Shown here in pieces: positions 1 to 8,873 of a DNA stretch of 64,000 nucleotides. The notes under the pieces are model-generated. The model saw only the letters and a program-made list of their open reading frames with translations. It was not told where the DNA came from and did no database searches. Position 1 is the stretch's first letter, and every line of letters starts with the position of its first letter. This DNA is from Candidatus Doudnabacteria bacterium (GTDB lineage: Bacteria > Patescibacteriota > Doudnabacteria > UBA920): NCBI GenBank assembly GCA_963788395.1, contig CAWBGV010000028.1, positions 18,102 to 82,101 on the forward strand, in the 5' to 3' direction. The translations under genes were made by a program, and so were the position numbers.

Positions 1-2
1 GT

Positions 3-412
3 ATGGAAAAAATGATTGACGATAATATGAGTGCTCAGGCTGAAACAGTAGTCGGACCTTCGGTCAAGATTCAAGGGGATTTAAATTCTGAAGGAAATAT
101 TAGAATCGAAGGCCAGGTTACGGGCAAAGTCGAATACGTCCCAAGGGGTTTATGTTAACCAAGGAGCAAAAATTGCCGCCGATATTATTGCTGGAAACGC
201 GGTTGTGGGGAGAGGTGCTGGGTAATTTTAAAATCAACGGCCATTTGGTCTTACAGAGTACGGCCAAAATTACGGGCGATATTGCCTGCGCGATTTTGCG
301 GGTGGAAGACGGCGCTCAGTTTAGCGGCAAATGCGTCATGAACGGTAAAACTCCCACCGTGACTTCGGCGAACAAAAAGCCGGTCAATGAAGAAATAATC
401 GAAGAAGAGTAG
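3..412 (+). CDS. bactofilin-family cytoskeletal protein, reading frame interrupted twice
   Basis: Three frames join into a typical bactofilin beta-helix: VGPSVKIQGDLNSEGNIRIEGQVTG / QGVYVNQGAKIAADIIAGNAVVG / EVLGNFKINGHLVLQSTAKITGDIACAILRVEDGAQFSGKCVM. The shifts lie near 125-140 and at the G-run 207-210. Confidence 0.6.
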
Positions 413-501
413 TTTTAAACTCATAACGAGTAATTGATAACTGATAACTTACAGTTGTCAGTTATAGTTATGAGTTATTAATTATCAGTTGTAGCACCCT
501 C

Positions 502-1344
502 GTGTATTACTACATTTTAGACCAAGGATCACTGCCTATAGATAAATTTGAAAAACTGCAGACCGAACTTCAAGGTTTGTTGGCGGAATTTAAGATTGCA
601 GGAGAAACTTCCCGGGTAACCCCACTGCGGTCGGTAACCGACCTGGTTGATACCGCCAGCCAGCGGGGAGTGCGGACATTGGTGGCCTGCGGCAGCGACG
701 ATACATTTAATTTAATGCTGGCCGCTTTAAAAGGGCGAGACTTTACTTTAGGATTTATTCCCCTGGATCCTGAATCTTTTTTGGCCAAGATTCTGGGGGT
801 GGACAGTATTTACGCGGGCGTTAAAACCTTAGCCGCCCGCAGGATTGAGCGGATAGATTTAGCCCGGATTTCCGGAAATTATTTTATCAGTTATCTGGAA
901 TTTGGCGTAATGAGCTACAATATTAAGGCTACTGGTTGGTTTTCGGGATTAAAACTCCTGTCCAACGAACCCCGGCCTTTGGATATTCGCATAGATGACT
1001 CCTACAATATTAAGATAGACGCCTTAGGCGGTTTGGTGGCCAATACGCGGTCGAATTCCGGCCAATCAGAAGTTATTGCCAATCCTACTGACGGCTATTT
1101 GGATTTGTTGATTATAGAAAAGTTGAGCAAGACCAGCATTTTAAAATACAAGGCTGATATTGCTTCGGGGTGTTTGGAAAAAGTTCCCGGCACCACGGTA
1201 ATTAAGTGTAAAAAAATTCAATTTTTACAACCTCAGGGGTATAACCTGACGATGCTTGGCCGCATAGTCGCTAAGTTTCCCGCAGTGGTGGAAATTATTC
1301 CTCAACGGTTGCGCTTGATTGTAGGCAGAAACAGGACTTTTTAA
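502..1344 (+). CDS. diacylglycerol-kinase-family (YegS/DagK-like) lipid kinase
   Basis: 280-aa ORF with a GTG start. It has a DAGK catalytic-domain pattern (RTLVACGSDDTFNLMLAAL in place of GGDGT) and a C-terminal beta-sandwich-like part. Confidence 0.55.
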   Translation: MYYYILDQGSLPIDKFEKLQTELQGLLAEFKIAGETSRVTPLRSVTDLVDTASQRGVRTLVACGSDDTFNLMLAALKGRDFTLGFIPLDPESFLAKILGVDSIYAGVKTLAARRIERIDLARISGNYFISYLEFGVMSYNIKATGWFSGLKLLSNEPRPLDIRIDDSYNIKIDALGGLVANTRSNSGQSEVIANPTDGYLDLLIIEKLSKTSILKYKADIASGCLEKVPGTTVIKCKKIQFLQPQGYNLTMLGRIVAKFPAVVEIIPQRLRLIVGRNRTF

Positions 1345-1351
1345 AACTTTT

Positions 1352-1382
1352 ACCGCTCTAAAATTTCCAAGAGCGGTTTTTT
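1352..1382 (+). terminator. rho-independent terminator
   Basis: Stem accgctc / gagcggt followed by TTTTT, directly after the lipid kinase stop. Confidence 0.7.
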
Positions 1383-1414
1383 AATTCCCAACAAAACTGA
1401 TTGACCGGGTCTTT

Positions 1415-1524
1415 GTAACAGTTCACAACTCCAGTTGGTCACAAAGCCAATTTTTTTGCTGCGGAACTCGCCGCAAAAATTGCCTTGTCTTTGTGACTAA
1501 CAAACTGGAGTTGTGAACTGTTGC
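1415..1524. repeat. 110-bp palindromic (hairpin) element, copy 1
   Basis: Arms gtaacagttcacaactccagttggtcacaaagcc... and ...ctttgtgactaacaaactggagttgtgaactgttgc pair along about 50 bp around the loop tgcggaactcgccgca. A homologous inverted copy lies at 35578-35736. Confidence 0.8.
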
Positions 1525-1572
1525 TGGGTTTGGCTTGATTTTTATTGGGATTTTAAGTATAATTAGTGAGTT

Positions 1573-3500
1573 ATGAATCTTTCTAGCCTGTCTTCTGAAC
1601 TCAATATGTCAGTCCAAGAGCTTCGCGCCAAGTCTCGCGAGAAGGGTTTTTTCATTTCGCCTCGGGCCAATAAGATTGATAATTTTTTAGCCAACCAGAT
1701 AAAAGATGCCTTTACTCCAAAAAAAGCAGTAGTGGCAACAGCGGTTGCCGCCGAGCCGAAAAAGATCAAACTGCCTTCTTTCATAAAGGTTCGGGATTTT
1801 GCCGCTTTGTTACAGTTACCGGTAGTCAATGTGATCAAGGAGTTTATTAAAAATGGCATTATGGCCACCATCAATGAAGAGGTGGATTTTGAAACGGCCA
1901 GCATTGTGGCCACTGACTTGGGTTTTGAGGTTGAAAACGAAGCTGACACAAGCCAAACCGAGTATGGTTTAGGTTTTTTGCAGGAAGTTTTAAAAGCCGA
2001 AAAAGAAGAAAATTTAAAACCCCGCGCGCCGATTGTGGCTATTATGGGTCATGTTGACCACGGAAAAACCACCTTACTCGATACCATTCGGAAGACAAAA
2101 GTGGTTGAAGGCGAATCGGGGGTATTACTCAACACATTGGTGCTTACCAAGCCAAAAAGAACGGTAAAACAATTACTTTTTTAGATACGCCCGGTCATGA
2201 AGCTTTTTCCGAAATGCGCGCCCGCGGCGCCAACGTTACCGACATAATCGTTTTGGTAGTTGCCGCCGATGATGGCGTGCGCCCGCAAACCGTAGAAGTG
2301 ATTAATCGGGCCAAATTTACTAATACACCGTTGATCGTGGCTATTAATAAAGTCGATAAACCGGACGCTAATATTATGCGGGTTAAGCAGGAACTGGCCG
2401 GCCAGGGTGTGTTAACGGAAGAATGGGGTGGTAAAGTTATAGCGGTGGAAATTTCGGCTAAACAAAATAAAGGCATAGATAGCCTGTTGGAAATGATATT
2501 GCTGACGGCAGAACTGGAAAATTTTCGCGCGAACCCTAACGGCAAAACAATAGGAACGATTATCGAATCAAAAATCAGCCAGGGCAAAGGCTCTACGGCT
2601 ACAGTGATTGTCCAAAACGGCCACTTAAAAGTTGGTGATATTATAGTTGCCGGTGCGGCTTTTGGCCGGGTACGCAGCCTGGAAGACGAAACTGGCCGTA
2701 AACTGAAAGAAGCCGGGCCATCGATGCCGGCGCAAATTTCTGGATTGTCGGAAGTTGCCCAGGCCGGAGACATCTTGCAGACTGTAGCGACCCTGGATGA
2801 AGCTAAACAAATTGCCTCGACCATTAAACGCAAGAACCGGAGCCATCATCTTTCCAGCAAGCAATCCTTGCAGGGCGATGTAGAGAACAAAACGCTTAAT
2901 TTAATTTTAAAAACGGACGTAGCCGGATCTTTGGAAGCTATCAAGCAATCTATTGCGAAATTAAAAAACGACGAAGTGCGGATTAATATTTTAAGTGAAG
3001 GCGTTGGCGAAGTTAACGAATCGGATGTGTTACTGGCAGCTAACTCCAAAGCCAGTATTCTCAATTTTCACAGCAAAGTGAATCCCAAAGCCGTGAACCT
3101 GGCCAAGCAAAAGCAAGTAATGATAGATTCTTATGACGTAATCTATGAGCTGATTGAAGACGTAACCAGCGCGGTGATTAAAATGTTTACGCCGGAACTG
3201 GAAAAGCATTCTTTTGGTAAAGCTAAAGTTTTGGCAATTTTCCGAACCGAAAAACTGCAAATGATTATTGGCGGACGCACCGAAGAAGGCGAAATCCGCA
3301 AGAATGGCCAAATTGCCATTTGGCGCGAAGACGCCGAACTTGGCCGCGGTGAAATTACCGAACTCCAACAGAACAAATCCACGGCCAAAGCAGTCGCGGC
3401 CGGCAATGAATTCGGCATGAAAATTAAGACGCAGGTTAAAATCAAAGAAGGCGACGTGCTGGAGAGTTTTGAAGAAAAGATTAAACAAAAGACATTGTAG
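1573..3500 (+). CDS. infB: translation initiation factor IF-2, one apparent frameshift
   Basis: [12 protein letters not shown] (G1), then after the shift [11 protein letters not shown].../[20 protein letters not shown], and IF-2 C-terminal domains. ORFs 1573-2184 and 2214-3500 join if one G is added to the G5 run at 2118-2122. Confidence 0.9.
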
Positions 3501-3536
3501 CCTAAGGGCGGACACGCGAATTATGCAGATAAAATC

Positions 3537-3569
3537 AAGCTCTAGAGAATATACCCTCTAGAGCTTTTT
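3537..3569 (+). terminator. rho-independent terminator after infB
   Basis: aagctctagag / ctctagagctt stem followed by a T-run. Confidence 0.7.
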
Positions 3570-3690
3570 AATTAGGTAGTTCGCCCACCTGCCTCGCTGG
3601 CAAGTCACGTTTAGGGGCAGAGTTATGACACTATTGATGAAAATGGGTATTTAGATTATACTATTGAGTTGTATCCGTTATAATAACTAT

Positions 3691-4047
3691 ATGAAACCCG
3701 TAAAAAAAGATACTAATCGTATTTCTAAGGTTAATTCTTTAATCGAGCATGGACTGGGGCCGGTTTTGCATGAGGAACTGGAGGGGCAAAACGGGCTGGT
3801 CACCATTACTAAGGTAGAAACCAGCCGCGACATGAAGTGGGCCAAGGTTTGGATCTCTATTTTGGGCGGCGATGATGACAAAATTTTAAAATTTATCAAT
3901 GCCCATATTTATGAAATCCAAGGCGGTTTAAACAAAAATTTTAAAACTAAGATAATACCGCGCCTACAGTTCTTTTTAGACACCGGCCCACGATATGCCC
4001 AGCATATCGAGGAATTGGTGAAGAAAGTGCATGAGGAAGAATCGTAA
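3691..4047 (+). CDS. rbfA: ribosome-binding factor A
   Basis: RbfA pattern: KVNSLIEHGLGPVL...ITKVETSRDMKWAKVWISILG...IPRLQFFLDTG. The ATG at 3691 is preferred over the TTG at 3664. Confidence 0.85.
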   Translation: MKPVKKDTNRISKVNSLIEHGLGPVLHEELEGQNGLVTITKVETSRDMKWAKVWISILGGDDDKILKFINAHIYEIQGGLNKNFKTKIIPRLQFFLDTGPRYAQHIEELVKKVHEEES

Positions 4048-4156
4048 TTCGTTTATTGGCGGCGCGGCGCGTAACGGTAAATGTGTAACGGCCGAAAGAC
4101 GTAAAACGAACAACAATACGCGCAGCGCTGCCAAATACCTCAAAACGCGATATATT

Positions 4157-5122
4157 ATGGATAATTTAATTCAAGAATTTAACACAGCTAATTCGTTCAT
4201 TACTAAAGCTCAGCGCATTCTCCTGACCATGCACGAACGCATGGATGGGGACGACGGTGGAAGTCTTTTGGCGGTGGGGCGGCAGTTGGAGACAATGGGG
4301 AAGCAAGTGACTCGAGCCATTAAACGCGGCGTGCCTCCCAGTCTGGCCTTTTTGCCGGATAGTAAAAAGATTCAGGACGATATTACTTCATTAAATTTTG
4401 ATCTTTTAATTATGTTTGGTTGTTCCGTGAAAGAACGCTGCGGCAGCGAGAGTATTGTCCATTTGGCCATTCCGACGATCAACATTGACCATCACCCCGA
4501 CAATACCCATTATGGGCAGGTGAACGTAGTAGATCCTTCTAAATCCTCGGTGGCGGAATTGATATACGATTTTTTTGTTTGGAACAATTGGCGCATTACC
4601 AAAGATATTGCCACTTGTTTGCTGACAGGAATCATTACTGACACAGGATCATTTAAACACAGCAATACCCAAACTTCCACGCTCAAGGCCGCGGCAGAGC
4701 TGATGTATAAAGGCGCGCTGGTAGATAAAATTATCCGGAATACTTATAAGAATAAAAATATTAACAGTTTAAAAGCCTGGGGCAGGGCGTTTGAAAATTC
4801 TTATTACGACGAGAAGCGTAAAATTGTTTATTCGGTAATTACCGACCGCGACCTGCGCGAAATCGGGGAGCTTCCGCAAGCCGCTTTCGACGGAGTGGCG
4901 GAAATATTAAATACCGTTCCGGAAGCCAAGTTTGCCATGTTTTTACGTCAAGATGGCAACGTAATTAAAGGCAGCCTGCGCAGCGGCAATGAAGGTATAA
5001 AAAATGTGGATGTTTCCAAAATCGCCCACCTGTTCGGCGGCGGCGGCCATAAGCAAGCTGCCGGGTTTTCGGTAGTGGGGAAATTAAGTAAAGATGAACG
5101 CGGGAAATGGAAAGTGACATAA
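4157..5122 (+). CDS. DHH-family phosphoesterase (NrnA-like oligoribonuclease/pAp phosphatase)
   Basis: Motifs DGDDGGS, NIDHHPDN, and the DHHA1 motif GGGGHKQAAGF. The ATG at 4157 (MDNLIQEF) avoids the implausible basic N-terminal extension that overlaps rbfA. Confidence 0.8.
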   Translation: MDNLIQEFNTANSFITKAQRILLTMHERMDGDDGGSLLAVGRQLETMGKQVTRAIKRGVPPSLAFLPDSKKIQDDITSLNFDLLIMFGCSVKERCGSESIVHLAIPTINIDHHPDNTHYGQVNVVDPSKSSVAELIYDFFVWNNWRITKDIATCLLTGIITDTGSFKHSNTQTSTLKAAAELMYKGALVDKIIRNTYKNKNINSLKAWGRAFENSYYDEKRKIVYSVITDRDLREIGELPQAAFDGVAEILNTVPEAKFAMFLRQDGNVIKGSLRSGNEGIKNVDVSKIAHLFGGGGHKQAAGFSVVGKLSKDERGKWKVT

Positions 5123-5139
5123 CTGATCACGGATATAAA

Positions 5140-5166
5140 AACACCGGCTATGCTCGGTGTTTTTTT
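5140..5166. terminator. bidirectional rho-independent terminator
   Basis: aacaccg / cggtgtt stem flanked by an A-run and a T-run, between convergent genes. Confidence 0.7.
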
Positions 5167-5196
5167 GGATCATCTGTGCTATTTGCGTATCCGCGA

Positions 5197-5754
5197 TCAT
5201 TTCTTCATTGCTTCCGCGGCCCCAATTAAATTTTTAATTAACCCGTCTATTGCTTTTACGTAAGTTAGGTTAATTAATTCTGATTGTTGATTAAAGGCTT
5301 CGGCGACCGGACCGAATAAAACTGTTTCGCGAATGTCGTACATGGCAAAATTGGCCATGAGAGGGCGAAGCTGTTCAACTACGCGGGCCGCGCCAATGCG
5401 TCCGTTGGAAACCCCGACCAAACCTACCGGTTTGTTGTTGAATTCCGGATAGAGCCAGTCGAAGGCATTTTTCAAAACACCCGGCACGCCATGATTGTAT
5501 TCCGGGGTCACAATTATAAAACCGTCGGCTTTCTGGGCTATATTGCTCCAGGCTTGGACGTTGGGATAAGGATATTGTTTATTAAGTTTGGAAGGTTCCA
5601 CCGCCGAATCCATAAACGGCAGTGGTAATTCTTTAAAATCAACGAGCTGGCTTTCATACCCCGCCTCTTGCAACTTTTTGACCATAAACCGCGCCGGATA
5701 AACGCTCCAGCGTTCATTACGCACACTGCCGAGGATAACGGGAATGGTAAGCAT
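5197..5754 (-). CDS. NAD(P)H-dependent FMN reductase
   Basis: IPVILGSVRNERWS, VTPEYNHGVPGVLKNAFDWL. The start was moved to the internal ATG (MLTIPV) at 5754, because the upstream part of the ORF runs into the repeat array. Confidence 0.8.
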   Translation of the reverse strand: MLTIPVILGSVRNERWSVYPARFMVKKLQEAGYESQLVDFKELPLPFMDSAVEPSKLNKQYPYPNVQAWSNIAQKADGFIIVTPEYNHGVPGVLKNAFDWLYPEFNNKPVGLVGVSNGRIGAARVVEQLRPLMANFAMYDIRETVLFGPVAEAFNQQSELINLTYVKAIDGLIKNLIGAAEAMKK

Positions 5755-5838
5755 AGAAATTAAAATAGTAACCCAACAAATTTTCCCTAAAGGAAAATTG
5801 GCAAACCAACTGCTAGTAATAACTAAGCTGTTCCTTGC

Positions 5839-6199
5839 GGGGCCCCCGATCCGCCCGAGACGGATTGGGGAAAGGGGCAACAATCCGAACGTAATGGAGT
5901 CGCGTCCGACGCGGACGGAATGGAGTGAGGATTGATTATTTCCTTTTCAGGGCCCCCAATTTTCCATCCCTAGAAAAAAATCATAGGGAAAATTGGGGAA
6001 AGGGGCAACAATCCGAACGTAATGGAGTCGCGTCCGACGCGGACGGAATGGAGTGAGGATTGATTATTTCCTTTTCAGGGCCCCCAATTTTCCATCCCTA
6101 GAAAAAAATCATAGGGAAAATTGGGAAAAGGGGCAACAATCCGAACGTAATGGAGTCGCGTCCGACGCGGACGGAATGGAGTGAGGATTGATTGACCCG
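5839..6199 (-). repeat. tRNA-trailer repeat family, 3 tandem units (128-bp period)
   Basis: The unit ...ggggcaacaatccgaacgtaatggagtcgcgtccgacgcggacggaatggagtgaggattgatt... occurs three times. The junction word cagggccccc recurs at 5948 and 6076. The array abuts the CCA end of tRNA-Leu. Confidence 0.9.
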
Positions 6200-6287
6200 T
6201 GGTGCCCGGGAGAGGATTCGAACCTCCAAGCCCTTGCGGGCGCTGCCACCTCAAGGCAGTGTGTCTCGCCAGTTGCACCACCCGGGC
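6200..6287 (-). tRNA. tRNA-Leu(GAG)
   Basis: Manual cloverleaf: acceptor GCCCGGG/CCCGGGC, anticodon loop TTGAGGT, long variable arm, T-loop TTCGAAT, encoded CCA. Confidence 0.9.
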
Positions 6288-6410
6288 AAATTATTTTTGC
6301 TTCACAATTATAACTGAAACGCTGGTACAAAACAAGAGGTGCTAATAATTGTATAATCTGCTACTATACTCAATAAGGCTTACCAACTTCAAGTTGATTC
6401 TCCCGTTTTT

Positions 6411-6710
6411 ATGAAGCAGTTTCAGCGCACAATTGAAAATTTTACTTGTGAGCGCTGCGGCGCCAGGGTTATTGGCAACGGTTACACCAATCATTGCCCG
6501 CGCTGTTTATGGAGTAAGCACGTGGATATTAATCCCGGCGACCGGTCTTCTCCTTGCGGCGGCCTGATGGAGCCAATTGGTATAGAAATAAAAGGCAGTG
6601 AATATATTATCTTCCACAAATGTCAAACCTGCGGCCGCACTAAACCCAACAAAACTTCACCGCAAGACGATTTTGACGATATTATAAAATTACCGCCGCT
6701 AAATTTGTAA
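6411..6710 (+). CDS. RNHCP domain-containing protein
   Basis: FTCERCGARVIGNGYTNHCPRCLWSKHVD...CQTCG matches the RNHCP zinc-ribbon pattern. Confidence 0.7.
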   Translation: MKQFQRTIENFTCERCGARVIGNGYTNHCPRCLWSKHVDINPGDRSSPCGGLMEPIGIEIKGSEYIIFHKCQTCGRTKPNKTSPQDDFDDIIKLPPLNL

Positions 6711-6794
6711 AGGCTTTTGATGTTGCGGCTCAATTAGCCGGCTTGCAAATTAGTAACTAGACATTTTTATTTCAGCGCCGCTGGAAAGCGGTGA

Positions 6795-7517
6795 TTAATC
6801 CCGGCGACCGCCTTCTTGCTCATCTAAATTGGGGGAGCGCCGCGGAATATTGGAATCTATGTGCCCAAACGAAAATTCGTCTTCCGTCGGCGAATAATCT
6901 GGCGAGGTATTTGCTTCCTCTCTTTCCAGGTCCGCCAATTTTGCTTCGTCAGTTGCCGCAGGGCGTCTGGCTGTGAACTGCCAATTGAAGCGGTTTTCTA
7001 AAACCTTAACCTCATTACCTTTTTGCAAATACCAGCTTATAAATTTAGTCCATTGAGGTTTGTCTTTTGGCAATTCCAGCAGATTAAAATCTTTAATATT
7101 ATTATCGCGCAGATATTGTCCAAGCGGTTTTAATTCTTCTTCGTTCAGTATGTAGTAAAGCTGTTTTTGAAATTCTATAACAATTTTTCTTAAGATAGCA
7201 ATATGGGCAGAGTCTTCATAACCGGCAGATTTAAAATAACCTTCCATAAATTTGTCACCCCAAGCGCCAAGATCGGAAGGGCGTCTGAGTAAATGCTGTT
7301 TAAAATAAGATCTCGCAAAATTGGCCGCAAGACCAACTGTAGTCGGCGCAACTTGTCCATATTTATTTTGGACTTCGTTCATAACCTCGGAAACCATAGC
7401 TGGCAAAAGGTCGACTATACGCGCTTCAACCTGCTGCTGCTTTGTGTCCTCCGAATCCCGTTCATATTGATTTTCACGTTCCATAGCTTTATGCGTCTTT
7501 AATTGTTCATGTACCAA
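6795..7517 (-). CDS. hypothetical protein
   Basis: 240-aa ORF with no motif I recognise. Confidence 0.5.
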   Translation of the reverse strand: MVHEQLKTHKAMERENQYERDSEDTKQQQVEARIVDLLPAMVSEVMNEVQNKYGQVAPTTVGLAANFARSYFKQHLLRRPSDLGAWGDKFMEGYFKSAGYEDSAHIAILRKIVIEFQKQLYYILNEEELKPLGQYLRDNNIKDFNLLELPKDKPQWTKFISWYLQKGNEVKVLENRFNWQFTARRPAATDEAKLADLEREEANTSPDYSPTEDEFSFGHIDSNIPRRSPNLDEQEGGRRD

Positions 7518-7678
7518 CTAAGTACTTACCTAACCAAAGTATAACAAAAACACACTTGCTAGTTAATAGAAGTGTTGTTATCAGCTATGGAACCAGGATT
7601 GGGCGGAGGTGGTCGGGAGTTATGGATATGAGGTAAAGCTGCTGGATAGGTTCTTGATGAAAGTATGAAGCTAATACA

Positions 7679-7981
7679 TTACTGAGCGGAGGAAATAAGG
7701 TTTTGAACATTTAGTACATCACTGATGAAGATCTCGTTTTTAGTAGTATTGCTTGAAATATCAATGACTCTGATTTTGCCTTGGTAGTATTTAATATATC
7801 CCGTTATGGTCCCAAGCGGCCCGTCGCCATCTGAAGGCAATAAGATATAAGCCGGTTCAGGCTGGCTAGGAATCCAATTCTCAATTACATTGAGATTTTG
7901 GTCCAAATTAATTACTGTCTGATAGTCTTCTAAAGAATGGTCTTGAGGAGGAGACACTAAAAATGGCCAAGTTAGAACCAT
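7679..7981 (-). CDS. hypothetical protein
   Basis: 100-aa ORF with no recognisable motif. Confidence 0.4.
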   Translation of the reverse strand: MVLTWPFLVSPPQDHSLEDYQTVINLDQNLNVIENWIPSQPEPAYILLPSDGDGPLGTITGYIKYYQGKIRVIDISSNTTKNEIFISDVLNVQNLISSAQ

Positions 7982-8132
7982 CGCTTCTTGCTTCAGATAA
8001 AACGCAAAACCCCCTTTCGGGGGGTGTAAATTTGCGTTGGAGCGGGATAATGGCTGGGGTTAGAACTTATTGGCAGGATAAATCAAATTGGTTTTATATT
8101 CCGGAGCTGTCATTGGAAACTGTAAAAATCAA

Positions 8133-8470
8133 TTAATCCTTTAAATACCTAGCATATTTATACCCTCCCTGAACGCCTTTTTTGGAAAGCACAACTTGCC
8201 ATAATTGAGTTTCCCTCGCTCTAAAGAGCCCAGCACAGCAAAGTAAATAATATTTCCACATTCTGAAAAACTCTTCATCATAATCTTTTTTTAGTTCTGG
8301 CCAGTTGGTCTTAAAATTATGATACCACGCCATTAAAGTTTTATCGTAATCAGCACCAAAATTATGCCAATCCTCCATAACAAATAAATTTTCTATGGAG
8401 CCGCCAATTTGCCTGATCGAAGGCAGCGCACCGTTTGGAAAAATGTATTTGTTAAGCCAAGGGTCTGAAT
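8133..8470 (-). pseudogene. C-terminal remnant of cyclopropane-fatty-acyl-phospholipid synthase-like methyltransferase
   Basis: ...DNSDPWLNKYIFPNGALPSIRQIGGSIENLFVMEDWHNFGADYDKTLMAWYHNF...RMWKYYLLCCAGLFRARETQLWQVVLSK is the C-terminal third of CFA synthases. No SAM-binding N-terminal part lies upstream. Confidence 0.65.
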
Positions 8471-8873
8471 TATCCTGGCTGAAATTCTACTATCGGACAT
8501 TAAAGTCAAAGACCAGAAAGTTCAACAGATACAGTTCAAACCTGCATTTCAGCGGATGTATTTATCACCTAAAAATCTTGATTTTGTTGCTTGGAGCGGT
8601 CTTAGGGACGATTATAGAACTATGGATTGGGGGCAGGTAATTGGAAATTACGGTTACACCGCAAAGCAGCTGGATAAATTTTTGGTAAAAGCTTAATTTG
8701 AAATTTATAGCCCTGTTTTTCTAATCGTAAGGCTAACTATTTCCTATGAAAGTAAAACACTGAGGGTTTAGATACATGTACACATAATATACACGTAGTA
8801 AAAATATGTATAAAATATTGACTTTTTTATACACGTATGCTATCCTTACTTTGATATTATTAAGTGTTACTTT

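Noticed and set aside
4031-4156. The N-terminal 42-aa extension of the DHH phosphoesterase ORF, and similar extensions of rbfA (3664), the FMN reductase (to 5883), DUF2130 (62300) and tyrS (46383).
   Set aside because: The extensions overlap upstream genes or repeats, are highly basic or low-complexity, and an internal ATG gives a protein starting where homologues start.
6075-6330. ORFs 6075-6281 and 6109-6330 (minus).
   Set aside because: They lie on tRNA-Leu(GAG) and the repeat units, so they are not coding.
8395-8640. 81-aa plus-strand ORF.
   Set aside because: Its first part is the antisense of the cfa-like remnant and the rest has no support.
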